64,000 nt of DNA, taken from sequence record MN850574.1. One strand, 5' to 3'. Made by a program: the position numbers and the translations under genes. Positions 17,635 through 26,076 of the stretch are shown piece after piece. The notes under the pieces were generated by a model, which was not told the DNA's origin, did no database searches, and was given only the letters and a program-made list of their open reading frames with translations. Source of the stretch: Escherichia phage kaaroe. Position 1 is the stretch's first letter. Every line of letters starts with the position of its first letter.

Positions 17635-18003
17635 ATGGAAATTCAAAACAATTACGAAAAATGTGTTATTATCAATGATTTGCAACGTCAATTGCACAAC
17701 TACGAAACCGATTATAAAACAGCAACCAAAACTGGAAAGCTGAAAGTGTGGGAAGTCTGGTATAACCGGAACTATCTGGGAAGCATCCACAAACTTGATC
17801 GCAGTGATGTTTATACAATGCATGTAGGCGCTTGTGGTGAATCGGATGTAGCATTTAATTTCATGGAAGCACTTGCATTCTATGTAGAATATCTGGTAGA
17901 CTATATCGAGTTGGAAGAGGAAGTTGTAGAATTGCTTCCTCCACCGGAAGAAGCGCCGGAAGCAACGATCCTGAAAGCATTAAAGAAAATCTTTGTTAAG
18001 TGA
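17635..18003 (+). CDS. hypothetical protein
   Basis: GTGAGGATTACATC-ATG cassette; acidic proline-rich C-terminus. Confidence 0.5.
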   Translation: MEIQNNYEKCVIINDLQRQLHNYETDYKTATKTGKLKVWEVWYNRNYLGSIHKLDRSDVYTMHVGACGESDVAFNFMEALAFYVEYLVDYIELEEEVVELLPPPEEAPEATILKALKKIFVK

Positions 18004-18011
18004 GGTGAACT

Positions 18012-18344
18012 ATGAAAAATGTACTGATTGTGTGGGAACTGATTCCAGAAACTACTGAATTATACATGGTACAGGTTGACAATAAAGAATTTGAAATTCT
18101 GAAACGCGTCAACTGCAAATATATTAACATTGATGACATGACCCCAGAAATGGACTATGTAAACTATGCTCTCATGCAGCCTAGTTGGATTATGGATGAA
18201 ACTAAAGCAGACGCCGAATCGCTGGGTGTACCGGAAGAAGTATTAGCGAAATGGCATCAATTCAAAGTTGAAATAAAAGAGGGCGAACCGTTTATTCCTA
18301 GCGGTAAGATCGATGCGGTGATCGTAACAGGTTTTCATCTGTAA
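18012..18344 (+). CDS. hypothetical protein
   Basis: SD GAGGTGAA before ATG. Confidence 0.5.
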   Translation: MKNVLIVWELIPETTELYMVQVDNKEFEILKRVNCKYINIDDMTPEMDYVNYALMQPSWIMDETKADAESLGVPEEVLAKWHQFKVEIKEGEPFIPSGKIDAVIVTGFHL

Positions 18345-18356
18345 GGAGATTATACA

Positions 18357-18689
18357 ATGTTTAACTATGACAAATATGAATCATGGAAAGCGACCGAATT
18401 GAAAGAGGCAGCGCGGTTAATCACACCGCGTCTTTATCCGGTGTTGTTTAGCGCAGATAAAGTAACAAGGGAAGTAAACGAGGCGCTATCGGTTTTAGGC
18501 TATCTGATCGATAAAGTAGAGAAAACATCGGTATTCACAAATAGCGTAGAATATACCCGGTATCGAGTGTTTTTAGATTCCTTGCTCGTTGTCATTAAGG
18601 CACTAAATGATCATAACTACACCATGAACATGACGAAAATAATCGACGAAGCAAGAATTATGACAGAGAATATTTTCGGTAAATTTTGA
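18357..18689 (+). CDS. hypothetical protein (paralog of 18804-19127)
   Basis: Shares EVN.A.., AR...EN.(F/Y)GKF C-terminal motifs with the next-but-one ORF. Confidence 0.5.
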   Translation: MFNYDKYESWKATELKEAARLITPRLYPVLFSADKVTREVNEALSVLGYLIDKVEKTSVFTNSVEYTRYRVFLDSLLVVIKALNDHNYTMNMTKIIDEARIMTENIFGKF

Positions 18690-18803
18690 TTATGAAAGAT
18701 GATGAATCATTGAAAATTGCACTGGTTATGCTATTACAAGGTATAGAATTAGCAAACCACGAAAAAATGTTGAAACAACAGCGTGAAATTATGAGAGGTG
18801 ATT

Positions 18804-19127
18804 ATGATCGAGTTTGAAATTGACAACTTTCACGAAAAAGCAGAAGACCTAACCAAAATTTTGATTAGTCGAGGTGCATATAATACGAAAGATATTATAA
18901 AAGAAGTTAATGTAGCGATGGACGCGATCCGAAAGGAATTTAAACATATTTCAGCGATTGGAGAAAATGGTCATCTTGAAGATGTTGAGCTGGTAGCACT
19001 GCGACGCTATTACTTCTTTGTTGATTGCATCATTGATCTAGCTAAAAATTATAGTCATTACATGAAAGATATTGTAAAAGATGCACGTAAGCTGGCAGAG
19101 AATGTTTACGGGAAGTTTCCAGAATGA
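18804..19127 (+). CDS. hypothetical protein (paralog of 18357-18689)
   Basis: ATG 18804 after SD GAGAGGTG; similar length and C-terminal motif. Confidence 0.5.
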   Translation: MIEFEIDNFHEKAEDLTKILISRGAYNTKDIIKEVNVAMDAIRKEFKHISAIGENGHLEDVELVALRRYYFFVDCIIDLAKNYSHYMKDIVKDARKLAENVYGKFPE

Positions 19128-19372
19128 AATTAGAACAAGCGATTGTATACTTTGAGATGGGCTATGATATTGCTCGTGTAGAGTGGGAAGATGGTGATTT
19201 TGTCCGATTGATTGATCTTCCAGAAACAGCTATTGCACTGGTCAAAGTAGAAAACGGCGTACAACGAAATTACGCGTTTTCTGACGAAGACAAACAAGCC
19301 GATGACTGGTACGCTACCTGTTTTCATCATACAGCGTCAAAATGCGATTCAGGCGCGTCTATGCGCCAATAA
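19124..19372 (+). CDS. hypothetical protein
   Basis: Start overlaps upstream stop (ATGA). Confidence 0.45.
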   Translation: MKLEQAIVYFEMGYDIARVEWEDGDFVRLIDLPETAIALVKVENGVQRNYAFSDEDKQADDWYATCFHHTASKCDSGASMRQ

Positions 19373-19375
19373 AAA

Positions 19376-19402
19376 GAAGGGGAGGCCGAAAGGCTTCCCC
19401 TT
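19376..19402. terminator. bidirectional hairpin terminator between convergent genes
   Basis: AGGGGAGGCC-GAAA-GGCTTCCCCT between + ORF (stop 19372) and minus-strand holin (stop 19407), T-runs on both sides. Confidence 0.6.
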
Positions 19403-19406
19403 TAAG

Positions 19407-20063
19407 TTATCTAATCCTTCCGAGGATTCTGGCAGATTGATTGCAAAGAGTATCTAAATTCTCAATGTCAATATCCGGTTTATTCTTCCATGAAATGGCG
19501 ATACTACCAGAATAGACATTATCGAGATTGAATATAGGACAAGAATACATGAAACCTATATCGATATTCTCTAATTTCTTTTCTCTTGATGGAATATACT
19601 GGAAATCTTTATCGGTAAAATATGATTTACCTAAAAGATGCCTACGATATTCTTCACTCGTTTTATTGATAGGGAATCCGCCTAAATTTTTTTCATCGAT
19701 TGTGTGAGGTAGCTTTCCTTCATATGCCACCAAATCAACAAAATAGTTTAGGTTTTTCGGACGAAAACTAAAAACAGCAGAAAAATCGGCATCAGCCGAC
19801 ACATGAACTATCTGTAACTGCTCCTGTGCTGCATTATCAAAATTGCGGTCTTTCTCTACCTGGAGAATGTGAGCATAAGTCTCATAACGAGTCTCTTTAT
19901 AAAGCGCAAATAACTCGTTTTTACTATAAACGACAAATGCTAATATGGACAACACGACGGCAGCAAAAACACGAAGTACGAGCAACTCCGTGCTTTTAGT
20001 TGTGAAAATAGCGCGCAGGACATTTGAGATAGCAAAGTCTTTCCCTTTTTCAGAAACTTGCAT
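19407..20063 (-). CDS. t: holin (T4 gpt family)
   Basis: LEQLQIVHVSADADFSAVFSFRPKNLNYFVDLVAYEGKLP, MYSCPIFNLDN, ICNQSARILGR match T4 holin T. Confidence 0.93.
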   Translation of the reverse strand: MQVSEKGKDFAISNVLRAIFTTKSTELLVLRVFAAVVLSILAFVVYSKNELFALYKETRYETYAHILQVEKDRNFDNAAQEQLQIVHVSADADFSAVFSFRPKNLNYFVDLVAYEGKLPHTIDEKNLGGFPINKTSEEYRRHLLGKSYFTDKDFQYIPSREKKLENIDIGFMYSCPIFNLDNVYSGSIAISWKNKPDIDIENLDTLCNQSARILGRIR

Positions 20064-20096
20064 ATAATGCCCTAAGATAACTATGACAGTGTACTC

Positions 20097-20336
20097 TTAT
20101 TTAGGTAGTTGACTATCACTAGGTTTATCTTGCTCGTTACTATCTTCTGACTGATCTTTATTAAACTCCTTATAAAGTTCTTCCACAAAACGATCATCAA
20201 TTGGCGTATTGGTATAAGCCGCAAGACGACGAGCGCAATAGAAGAAAATTTTAGTGAGCATCTTTTCACTAATTAACTTTGACAATAATTTCATTCCGAA
20301 ATTAGACAAAGCACCAATGACGATATTATAGACCAT
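20097..20336 (-). CDS. hypothetical small protein between gene 37 and holin
   Basis: SD AAGGAGA; hydrophobic N-terminus; occupies the position of gene 38 but is only 79 aa. Confidence 0.5.
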   Translation of the reverse strand: MVYNIVIGALSNFGMKLLSKLISEKMLTKIFFYCARRLAAYTNTPIDDRFVEELYKEFNKDQSEDSNEQDKPSDSQLPK

Positions 20337-20376
20337 AGCCGTTTCTCCTTAGTAGTTCCCTTCCCTGGGAGTTTCC

Positions 20377-23139
20377 TTAATTCTTTTTAAGTTCCGCTAG
20401 TTCAGCTTTAACGGCATTCAATTCTTCGCTCATTTCCTGAAACGCCTTAATTAAAAGAGCGTTGACAGCAGAGTTAGAAATTGTTAAGATCTCTTCTGGC
20501 TTATCGGGATCGCCGATGTTAGAAGTTGTTACTGCTTCCGGTAATTCTTTTTCAAGATCCTGAGCAATAATACCAACTTCATGAGCAATGACAGTACGGT
20601 CGGTTAAAGATTTAACCTTGTCATAGGTGTATACCGTCAAGCGATTAACTTTATCAGTGGCATTCTCCTTATACTCTTCCTTGTTGATTTTAAGGCGAGC
20701 ATCAGAGCGAATGTAAACGTCGTTAAAGTTACCATTGCGTCCAGCTTGGAAATCGCCGTTTTTATAGAAGGTAGTATTAGATTCAACACCAGAACCTTTA
20801 ACATGAACTCGCCATGAACCTTCATTAAGAAGCATACCCAACGAGAATGTTACTGCACCTTGAACATAACGTTGCTTGATCAAAGGAACATATGTAGACG
20901 CATCACCACGGTCTAAACGTTGGAAAATAGGTGCTTTGACGTTATCATCATGTTGAGATGCAAAAGAACCAGCACCCGCAGAACCAGAATCTATAGTAAT
21001 GACGCTAGCGCCGCGTTGAATAGCATTACCAAAATTCAGACTACCGCCTACGTTAGCATCGCTTCCGCTATAGAAAGAACCTGCAACAGAGAACTTAACC
21101 GGACCAGTTCCACCCGCAGTACGTTCGGTATACCAATGATAACTTGTTGCATCCGTACATTCAAAAACTTGTTTTCGTGATTCATTACCCCATGTATGGA
21201 GACTAAATTGCGAAGAAGAACCACGGTTAGCATGGAATGTAATTTCGCCAGATTCTACACGCACAAATCCTTTAAATCGCGCAGTAATTTCACCGGTTGC
21301 CATTTTACGTTCAGTTGTGAAGTGTGCACCGCTATTGTCTTCAAACTGCAAAATGTTATCACGGGCGTTATTGCTATCACCCCAATGGTTGATTTTAAAG
21401 AAATCACGAGATCCTAATCGTCCACTAGAGAAATGAAGGAAACCTTTTTCTACATAAACATCACCCGTAAAACGAGCGGCTTTGCTTGCACGTTCTAACG
21501 TTAATGCAGCTTCGTTACCGTCACCGCCTAATTGAACGTTACCGGAAGTCAAATCGTAAATGAATGGTCGGTTGCCGTTCCACCCACCAAAACGATCATT
21601 TTCGGCAGTAGAAAGAAGATAAACTTTAGTGCCGTCATTACGCCAGAATGCACCATAATTACCAAAGATCATACGGTATGCATCAGAATTGGCAGCTACA
21701 TATTGACCATTAGTGTATACAATTTTGGTTGCACCTGCGCTTAAAGATACTTGACCACTTGCTTCTAGCTTAACAAAGTTTTTACCTTCGTCACTATACC
21801 ATTGAAAATCGTTGGTTTCTGTAGAACCAAAACCAAACCAGCCTTGACGTTTATTAGCCCCGTCTCGCTGATCCATATATTCAAAATAGTTACTACAACC
21901 AGTAGGACGCCACATACGAATCGCGTTATTGCCTTGCAGATGAAGTCTATTGACAAATAAACCATCACTACCAACAATTTTTAATACTTCTTTTTGGTCG
22001 GTGGAACCAGTAGCCAAACGATACACATCACCTTGAACAGTTTCATGCCATATTGTTTCCGCCGCACGACTGCGGAATTTACGCATATATTTTTTATTGT
22101 TGTCTGGTACGTTATTAAGGCTCACAATATCATAGGTTGCTTGTGAGTTATTATCAAACATCAACGTTCCGGCTTTGTTTTCTGTGTTGAACATCGTAAT
22201 AACACGAGCATCAAATTTAGTTCCGGTTGCTGGTGCAGTCGCCGAAAATTCAGGAACATCATAAACAGTCAATGCGACGTCAACAGTTTTTCCAAACTCT
22301 ACAATAACGTTATCGGTGTAACGACCATAGTTAACATAAATGTCATAGTTATCACCGGAAGTATTAATTGCAAATACTTCATGGACGTTCAAAGAATTTC
22401 GACGATATGCAGCAATAGTAACACCTTTAGGATTTCCATTCCCACCACGAATCACGATTTCAAGGAAATCCACCTGGTCGTAGGATTTAACATTAAATCC
22501 GTTTCCACCATAGATACGAATAAATGCCATTTTTCCTTGCTGGGGGATCATTGCGGTTGCAATCTTAAAGTAGCCACGAGTTGCGTCACCGGAAGGAACA
22601 GACATTTTAACGTTCTTAACAAACATACGGTCAATTTCTTGTTTGCTATAAACGTTCAATTCTCCTGGAGTTGGTTTATCACCTTCGTGATACATTTTAT
22701 AACTAAATGCTTTTTGACCTTCTCTATTATAGCCATAAGTTTCTACACGCGATCCAGTGTGCCCATACTGGAAAGTAAATCCTCGACCATGTTGGACACC
22801 GGAAGAGTGAGGAACGTTTAGCGTGAGTTCGAGAAGACCATCAAGACCATTGGTACGGAAAGCGCCAAAGTAGTTAAGATCTCTCGCTGTCTGATCTTCC
22901 AGATAGTTAGCGGTTTTACTTAAGATATAATTATTACCTTTAACCTTACCCGCCATTGTAACATCGCGGTCATAAACCGGAGGACAACTTAAATTGATAA
23001 TAGTACCGGAATCATTTTTAGTAAGAAGATATTGATCCGCAAGGTTGATTGCCAATTCCCCCGGATTCATCGTACTAGCATCAGGTTTACGACCTTTAGT
23101 GCTAGTGCGTTTAAATTGGATTCTGCTTAAATCTGCCAT
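20377..23139 (-). CDS. 37: long tail fibre distal subunit gp37 with C-terminal intramolecular-chaperone-like domain
   Basis: N-terminus MADLSRIQFKR..GELAINL and GAGSFASQ..ASTYVPLIKQRYVQG match T4 gp37; C-terminal 100 aa resemble S74-type autoproteolytic chaperone domains. Confidence 0.9.
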   Translation of the reverse strand: MADLSRIQFKRTSTKGRKPDASTMNPGELAINLADQYLLTKNDSGTIINLSCPPVYDRDVTMAGKVKGNNYILSKTANYLEDQTARDLNYFGAFRTNGLDGLLELTLNVPHSSGVQHGRGFTFQYGHTGSRVETYGYNREGQKAFSYKMYHEGDKPTPGELNVYSKQEIDRMFVKNVKMSVPSGDATRGYFKIATAMIPQQGKMAFIRIYGGNGFNVKSYDQVDFLEIVIRGGNGNPKGVTIAAYRRNSLNVHEVFAINTSGDNYDIYVNYGRYTDNVIVEFGKTVDVALTVYDVPEFSATAPATGTKFDARVITMFNTENKAGTLMFDNNSQATYDIVSLNNVPDNNKKYMRKFRSRAAETIWHETVQGDVYRLATGSTDQKEVLKIVGSDGLFVNRLHLQGNNAIRMWRPTGCSNYFEYMDQRDGANKRQGWFGFGSTETNDFQWYSDEGKNFVKLEASGQVSLSAGATKIVYTNGQYVAANSDAYRMIFGNYGAFWRNDGTKVYLLSTAENDRFGGWNGNRPFIYDLTSGNVQLGGDGNEAALTLERASKAARFTGDVYVEKGFLHFSSGRLGSRDFFKINHWGDSNNARDNILQFEDNSGAHFTTERKMATGEITARFKGFVRVESGEITFHANRGSSSQFSLHTWGNESRKQVFECTDATSYHWYTERTAGGTGPVKFSVAGSFYSGSDANVGGSLNFGNAIQRGASVITIDSGSAGAGSFASQHDDNVKAPIFQRLDRGDASTYVPLIKQRYVQGAVTFSLGMLLNEGSWRVHVKGSGVESNTTFYKNGDFQAGRNGNFNDVYIRSDARLKINKEEYKENATDKVNRLTVYTYDKVKSLTDRTVIAHEVGIIAQDLEKELPEAVTTSNIGDPDKPEEILTISNSAVNALLIKAFQEMSEELNAVKAELAELKKN

Positions 23140-23185
23140 TTTATAAAATCCTTAAACGGTTATTAGAATAATATTATTTAGAAAA

Positions 23186-23204
23186 GCGGGGATTGTCTCC
23201 CCGC
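23186..23204 (-). terminator. hairpin (possible attenuator) between genes 36 and 37
   Basis: GCGGGGAGACAATCCCCGC followed by TTTTC on minus strand. Confidence 0.4.
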
Positions 23205-23209
23205 TAAAA

Positions 23210-24700
23210 TTAGAAAGTACCAAAATCAATCACCGCATTAAGTGGAACTGCGCCAACATCAGCCGGAGTAGGTTTATTACCTTCATGATAAAGCTGATAG
23301 CGGTCCACGGTTTGAGTATTGTTTCTAGAACGGAAAAACACGACCTTTGAGTCGTGGGTGATCCCCAGCTTTTCGGTCCCTTTAATATCACTAATGCGGT
23401 GAATCATAGCAGTACCATCAGCACCGCTTAACGCCGCATAACAGTTATCCCCGTTATAGTTAGTTTTAGCTGTTCTAACACCGTTTGCAGCCGGAACAGT
23501 TAACGGTCCTGTCATGGTATCGCCAGTGACGTTAACATAGCGAATATCAGCCAATTTACGGTGATCTACATAGTTCCATGCAGTCCATGATTCATTAGAA
23601 CACGAACGCCAGCACATCGGATGGTCAATAGATTCAGGATAATACACCTGAACAATTCGACGAGTACCAACAGCATCTTCTGGGCGATATACCATCAAAA
23701 CGCCGTTATAATAGCTATCAGACGGTTTATTAGTACCTGATCCAGCATTTTCCACACGATAGATACCGCGATTAATAAGAGTGTTCCAATCAACGTTTCC
23801 AATGATGGTTGGATTTGCTACCATTGATTTTCTCTCAAAGTAGCTCAAACGAACCAATTCATTAGGACCAGCAGGATCGTTTGTCGCCAACATTCTAGGC
23901 GCTTGCAAGTTACCTTCCATAATATCACCAGCACGTTTAACCTGTGCATCATTGGTGACATTGCCTAGCCCAACATCGGCTTTAGTTGGTTTATTGTTGG
24001 TGTGATAAAAACGACCTTCTCTGCCATTAACAAAAATGGTAGGCTCATCTTTACTTCGGAAGACCAACGTGTCAAGAACGTTACCATAATAGATCTTAGT
24101 CGCATCAAAATTAATTAAATCACGTTCCCTTGCAATTAATTTCGAATCAACCGATAGTTTAACAGTGACAGTGTTTAAATTATATGTTCCTGTGAGGGTA
24201 TCACCGCGACGAGACACCAAATCTAAATCATTATTCGTTGGTTTATTAACAGGGCTATAGACGCGTTGACCTGTGTCTTTAATGGTTGTCCCTTCGATAG
24301 TCCCTTTAGACTTAAATTCGCCCGTTGTGGTGTCAATATACGCCATAATAACGCCATCACGGGCATTAACAAAGCCGATTGACTTCCATGAATGCAAACC
24401 CCAGCTTACGCCGTCAAAATTAGCAGCGTCGCTCTGACCTTTAAAGATACCATTCTTTTTGGTTTCTCCAGCCGATGCGCTACCTACGCTTAAACCTTCC
24501 TCGAAATGAACTTGCTTTTGAAATGTGCCACCTTCGGATGCACTAACAGCATCAAAATCGGTAGCCGAAGGTCTATCAAAAGCGGTATAGATTTTATGAC
24601 CTTTGTAGAAAAGCTGATCCCCCGCTGGCTGGATCGTCAAGTTTCCTTGCGTCCAAATGGGAGATCCACCTACAGTAGATCCATATTTCAAATCTGCCAT
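23210..24700 (-). CDS. 36: long tail fibre subunit gp36 (extended, 496 aa)
   Basis: N-terminus MADLKYGSTVGGSPIWTQGN..PAGD matches T4 gp36 N-terminus. Confidence 0.85.
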   Translation of the reverse strand: MADLKYGSTVGGSPIWTQGNLTIQPAGDQLFYKGHKIYTAFDRPSATDFDAVSASEGGTFQKQVHFEEGLSVGSASAGETKKNGIFKGQSDAANFDGVSWGLHSWKSIGFVNARDGVIMAYIDTTTGEFKSKGTIEGTTIKDTGQRVYSPVNKPTNNDLDLVSRRGDTLTGTYNLNTVTVKLSVDSKLIARERDLINFDATKIYYGNVLDTLVFRSKDEPTIFVNGREGRFYHTNNKPTKADVGLGNVTNDAQVKRAGDIMEGNLQAPRMLATNDPAGPNELVRLSYFERKSMVANPTIIGNVDWNTLINRGIYRVENAGSGTNKPSDSYYNGVLMVYRPEDAVGTRRIVQVYYPESIDHPMCWRSCSNESWTAWNYVDHRKLADIRYVNVTGDTMTGPLTVPAANGVRTAKTNYNGDNCYAALSGADGTAMIHRISDIKGTEKLGITHDSKVVFFRSRNNTQTVDRYQLYHEGNKPTPADVGAVPLNAVIDFGTF

Positions 24701-24734
24701 AAAGTAACCTCAAAAAATTAGTTATAGTTCCGAG

Positions 24735-24742
24735 TATTTATA
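24735..24742 (-). promoter_or_regulatory. T4-type late promoter (TATAAATA)
   Basis: Minus-strand TATAAATA about 35 nt upstream of gene 36 ATG. Confidence 0.7.
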
Positions 24743-24872
24743 GAATGTTAACAAAATATCGCTTCGCGACGTGCCGTAGGCACTGGCTATTTTTTAACCG
24801 AAACAAATTTCTATTATTCTAAAGATCTTTCTTCGTTTTGGTTACATTTTAACCAACTGTATAAAAAATAAA

Positions 24873-24896
24873 GCCGACCACATGGGTCGGCTTGTT
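24873..24896 (-). terminator. rho-independent terminator after gene 35
   Basis: GCCGACCCATGTGGGTCGGC hairpin followed by TTTATTTTTT on minus strand. Confidence 0.7.
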
Positions 24897-24903
24897 AAAA
24901 ATG

Positions 24904-26043
24904 TTAATCAACATCGAACTCTTTAAAGTTGTTGGATGTGATGTGTTTATTATCTCTGGGTAGTTTAAGAAGACTCATTACAGGGTTAGTAAAATCACCG
25001 TTATCCTGAATATGAGTTGTTCTAACACCATTAACACCAAATGAAGTAGGACCAGTAGTTTTGACAACTCCACTGATCGGCGTTATTAGTATGTTTCTAA
25101 TTTTAACAATACCTTCATTGGAGTTGGTTGGATATCTGATACAACCAGTTACTACACTATCAACTCCTTCCGGTACGGTATAGACGGCTTCAAACTTTTC
25201 CCATTGGTCTTTTTTGCTGGCATTGTATCGAACACCAGTTTGATATTGTCCATCGGTGAAGTAGTTGTGATAGAAACGCGCTGTTACGTTGGCTGCGGCT
25301 GCGGCACTATCACGGAACAATTCAAAGGATATTGATAGTTTGTCACCTGCCTTTATGTTAAAATCCTCAAGTGGGGCGCTGGTCTCATCATGAGGCCATT
25401 GTATTAGCTCGAAATGTTCGGCATCTTCGCTAACATACTCAACCGGATAATCTAAAAATCGTTGTGGTGTTCCTGTTATAGCAAGATCATCTATAGTATC
25501 ATAGACTTTCTCAATTTGTATAGATGAATCTTGTCCTTCCCCGTGAGTTGCTTGCATCCCTTCGCACACAATTTTACCCATTTTAGTAGAATAAATTGCT
25601 GCATATGATACACGAGGCATTTGCTGTAGCAAAATGTGATTCGGGAATGATACAGATCCCAGCTTAGAGAATACACCATCACTGATCGGATCTGCAAACA
25701 ATTCTCCATGCGTTGCCATCGCAATGATATAGTCACCTTTCAGCAAAGAAAGATAATCACGCATTGCCAAAACAGCACCGCGACCATAGAATACCTTTTC
25801 TTCGTGTAGTTGTCCAGTTGGAGTAAGAACTTTAAAATTTAGGCCATTTTCATAGCCAGTGCCAACGATCTCCACTCCATTAAATCTAATCCTTGCTGGT
25901 TTGGTAGAATCCGCATTAGATCCGCGCACTTCCAGCTTATACATCACAGAGTTATTTTCTGAAATGCTGGTAAATGTCGCAGAGTCTTCGTCGAAATGCG
26001 CAAACCTAATTCCAGTGTTGCGTAATTCTATATCTTGTGTCAT
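24904..26043 (-). CDS. 35: long tail fibre hinge protein gp35
   Basis: SVMYKLEVRG, VSYAAIYSTK, SFGVNGVRT resemble T4 gp35; position between 34 and 36. Confidence 0.75.
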   Translation of the reverse strand: MTQDIELRNTGIRFAHFDEDSATFTSISENNSVMYKLEVRGSNADSTKPARIRFNGVEIVGTGYENGLNFKVLTPTGQLHEEKVFYGRGAVLAMRDYLSLLKGDYIIAMATHGELFADPISDGVFSKLGSVSFPNHILLQQMPRVSYAAIYSTKMGKIVCEGMQATHGEGQDSSIQIEKVYDTIDDLAITGTPQRFLDYPVEYVSEDAEHFELIQWPHDETSAPLEDFNIKAGDKLSISFELFRDSAAAAANVTARFYHNYFTDGQYQTGVRYNASKKDQWEKFEAVYTVPEGVDSVVTGCIRYPTNSNEGIVKIRNILITPISGVVKTTGPTSFGVNGVRTTHIQDNGDFTNPVMSLLKLPRDNKHITSNNFKEFDVD

Positions 26044-26051
26044 AATAACCC

Positions 26052-26067
26052 CATAGGGGGCTTTCGC
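26052..26067 (-). other. GNRA-tetraloop hairpin GGGGGCGAAAGCCCCC between genes 34 and 35
   Basis: Perfect 6-bp G/C stem with GAAA loop on the minus strand; identical element at 37780-37795 (+). Confidence 0.5.
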
Positions 26068-26076
26068 CCCCTTTAA

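Noticed and set aside
18692-18817. 41-aa ORF between 18357-18689 and 18804-19127
   Set aside because: Overlaps the better-supported downstream gene start and has no clear RBS; likely leader sequence.
20097-20336. gene 38 (tail-fibre adhesin/assembly chaperone) at the 37-t junction
   Set aside because: The only ORF here is 79 aa with no resemblance to the gp38 sequences I recall; it is annotated as hypothetical and not as gp38.
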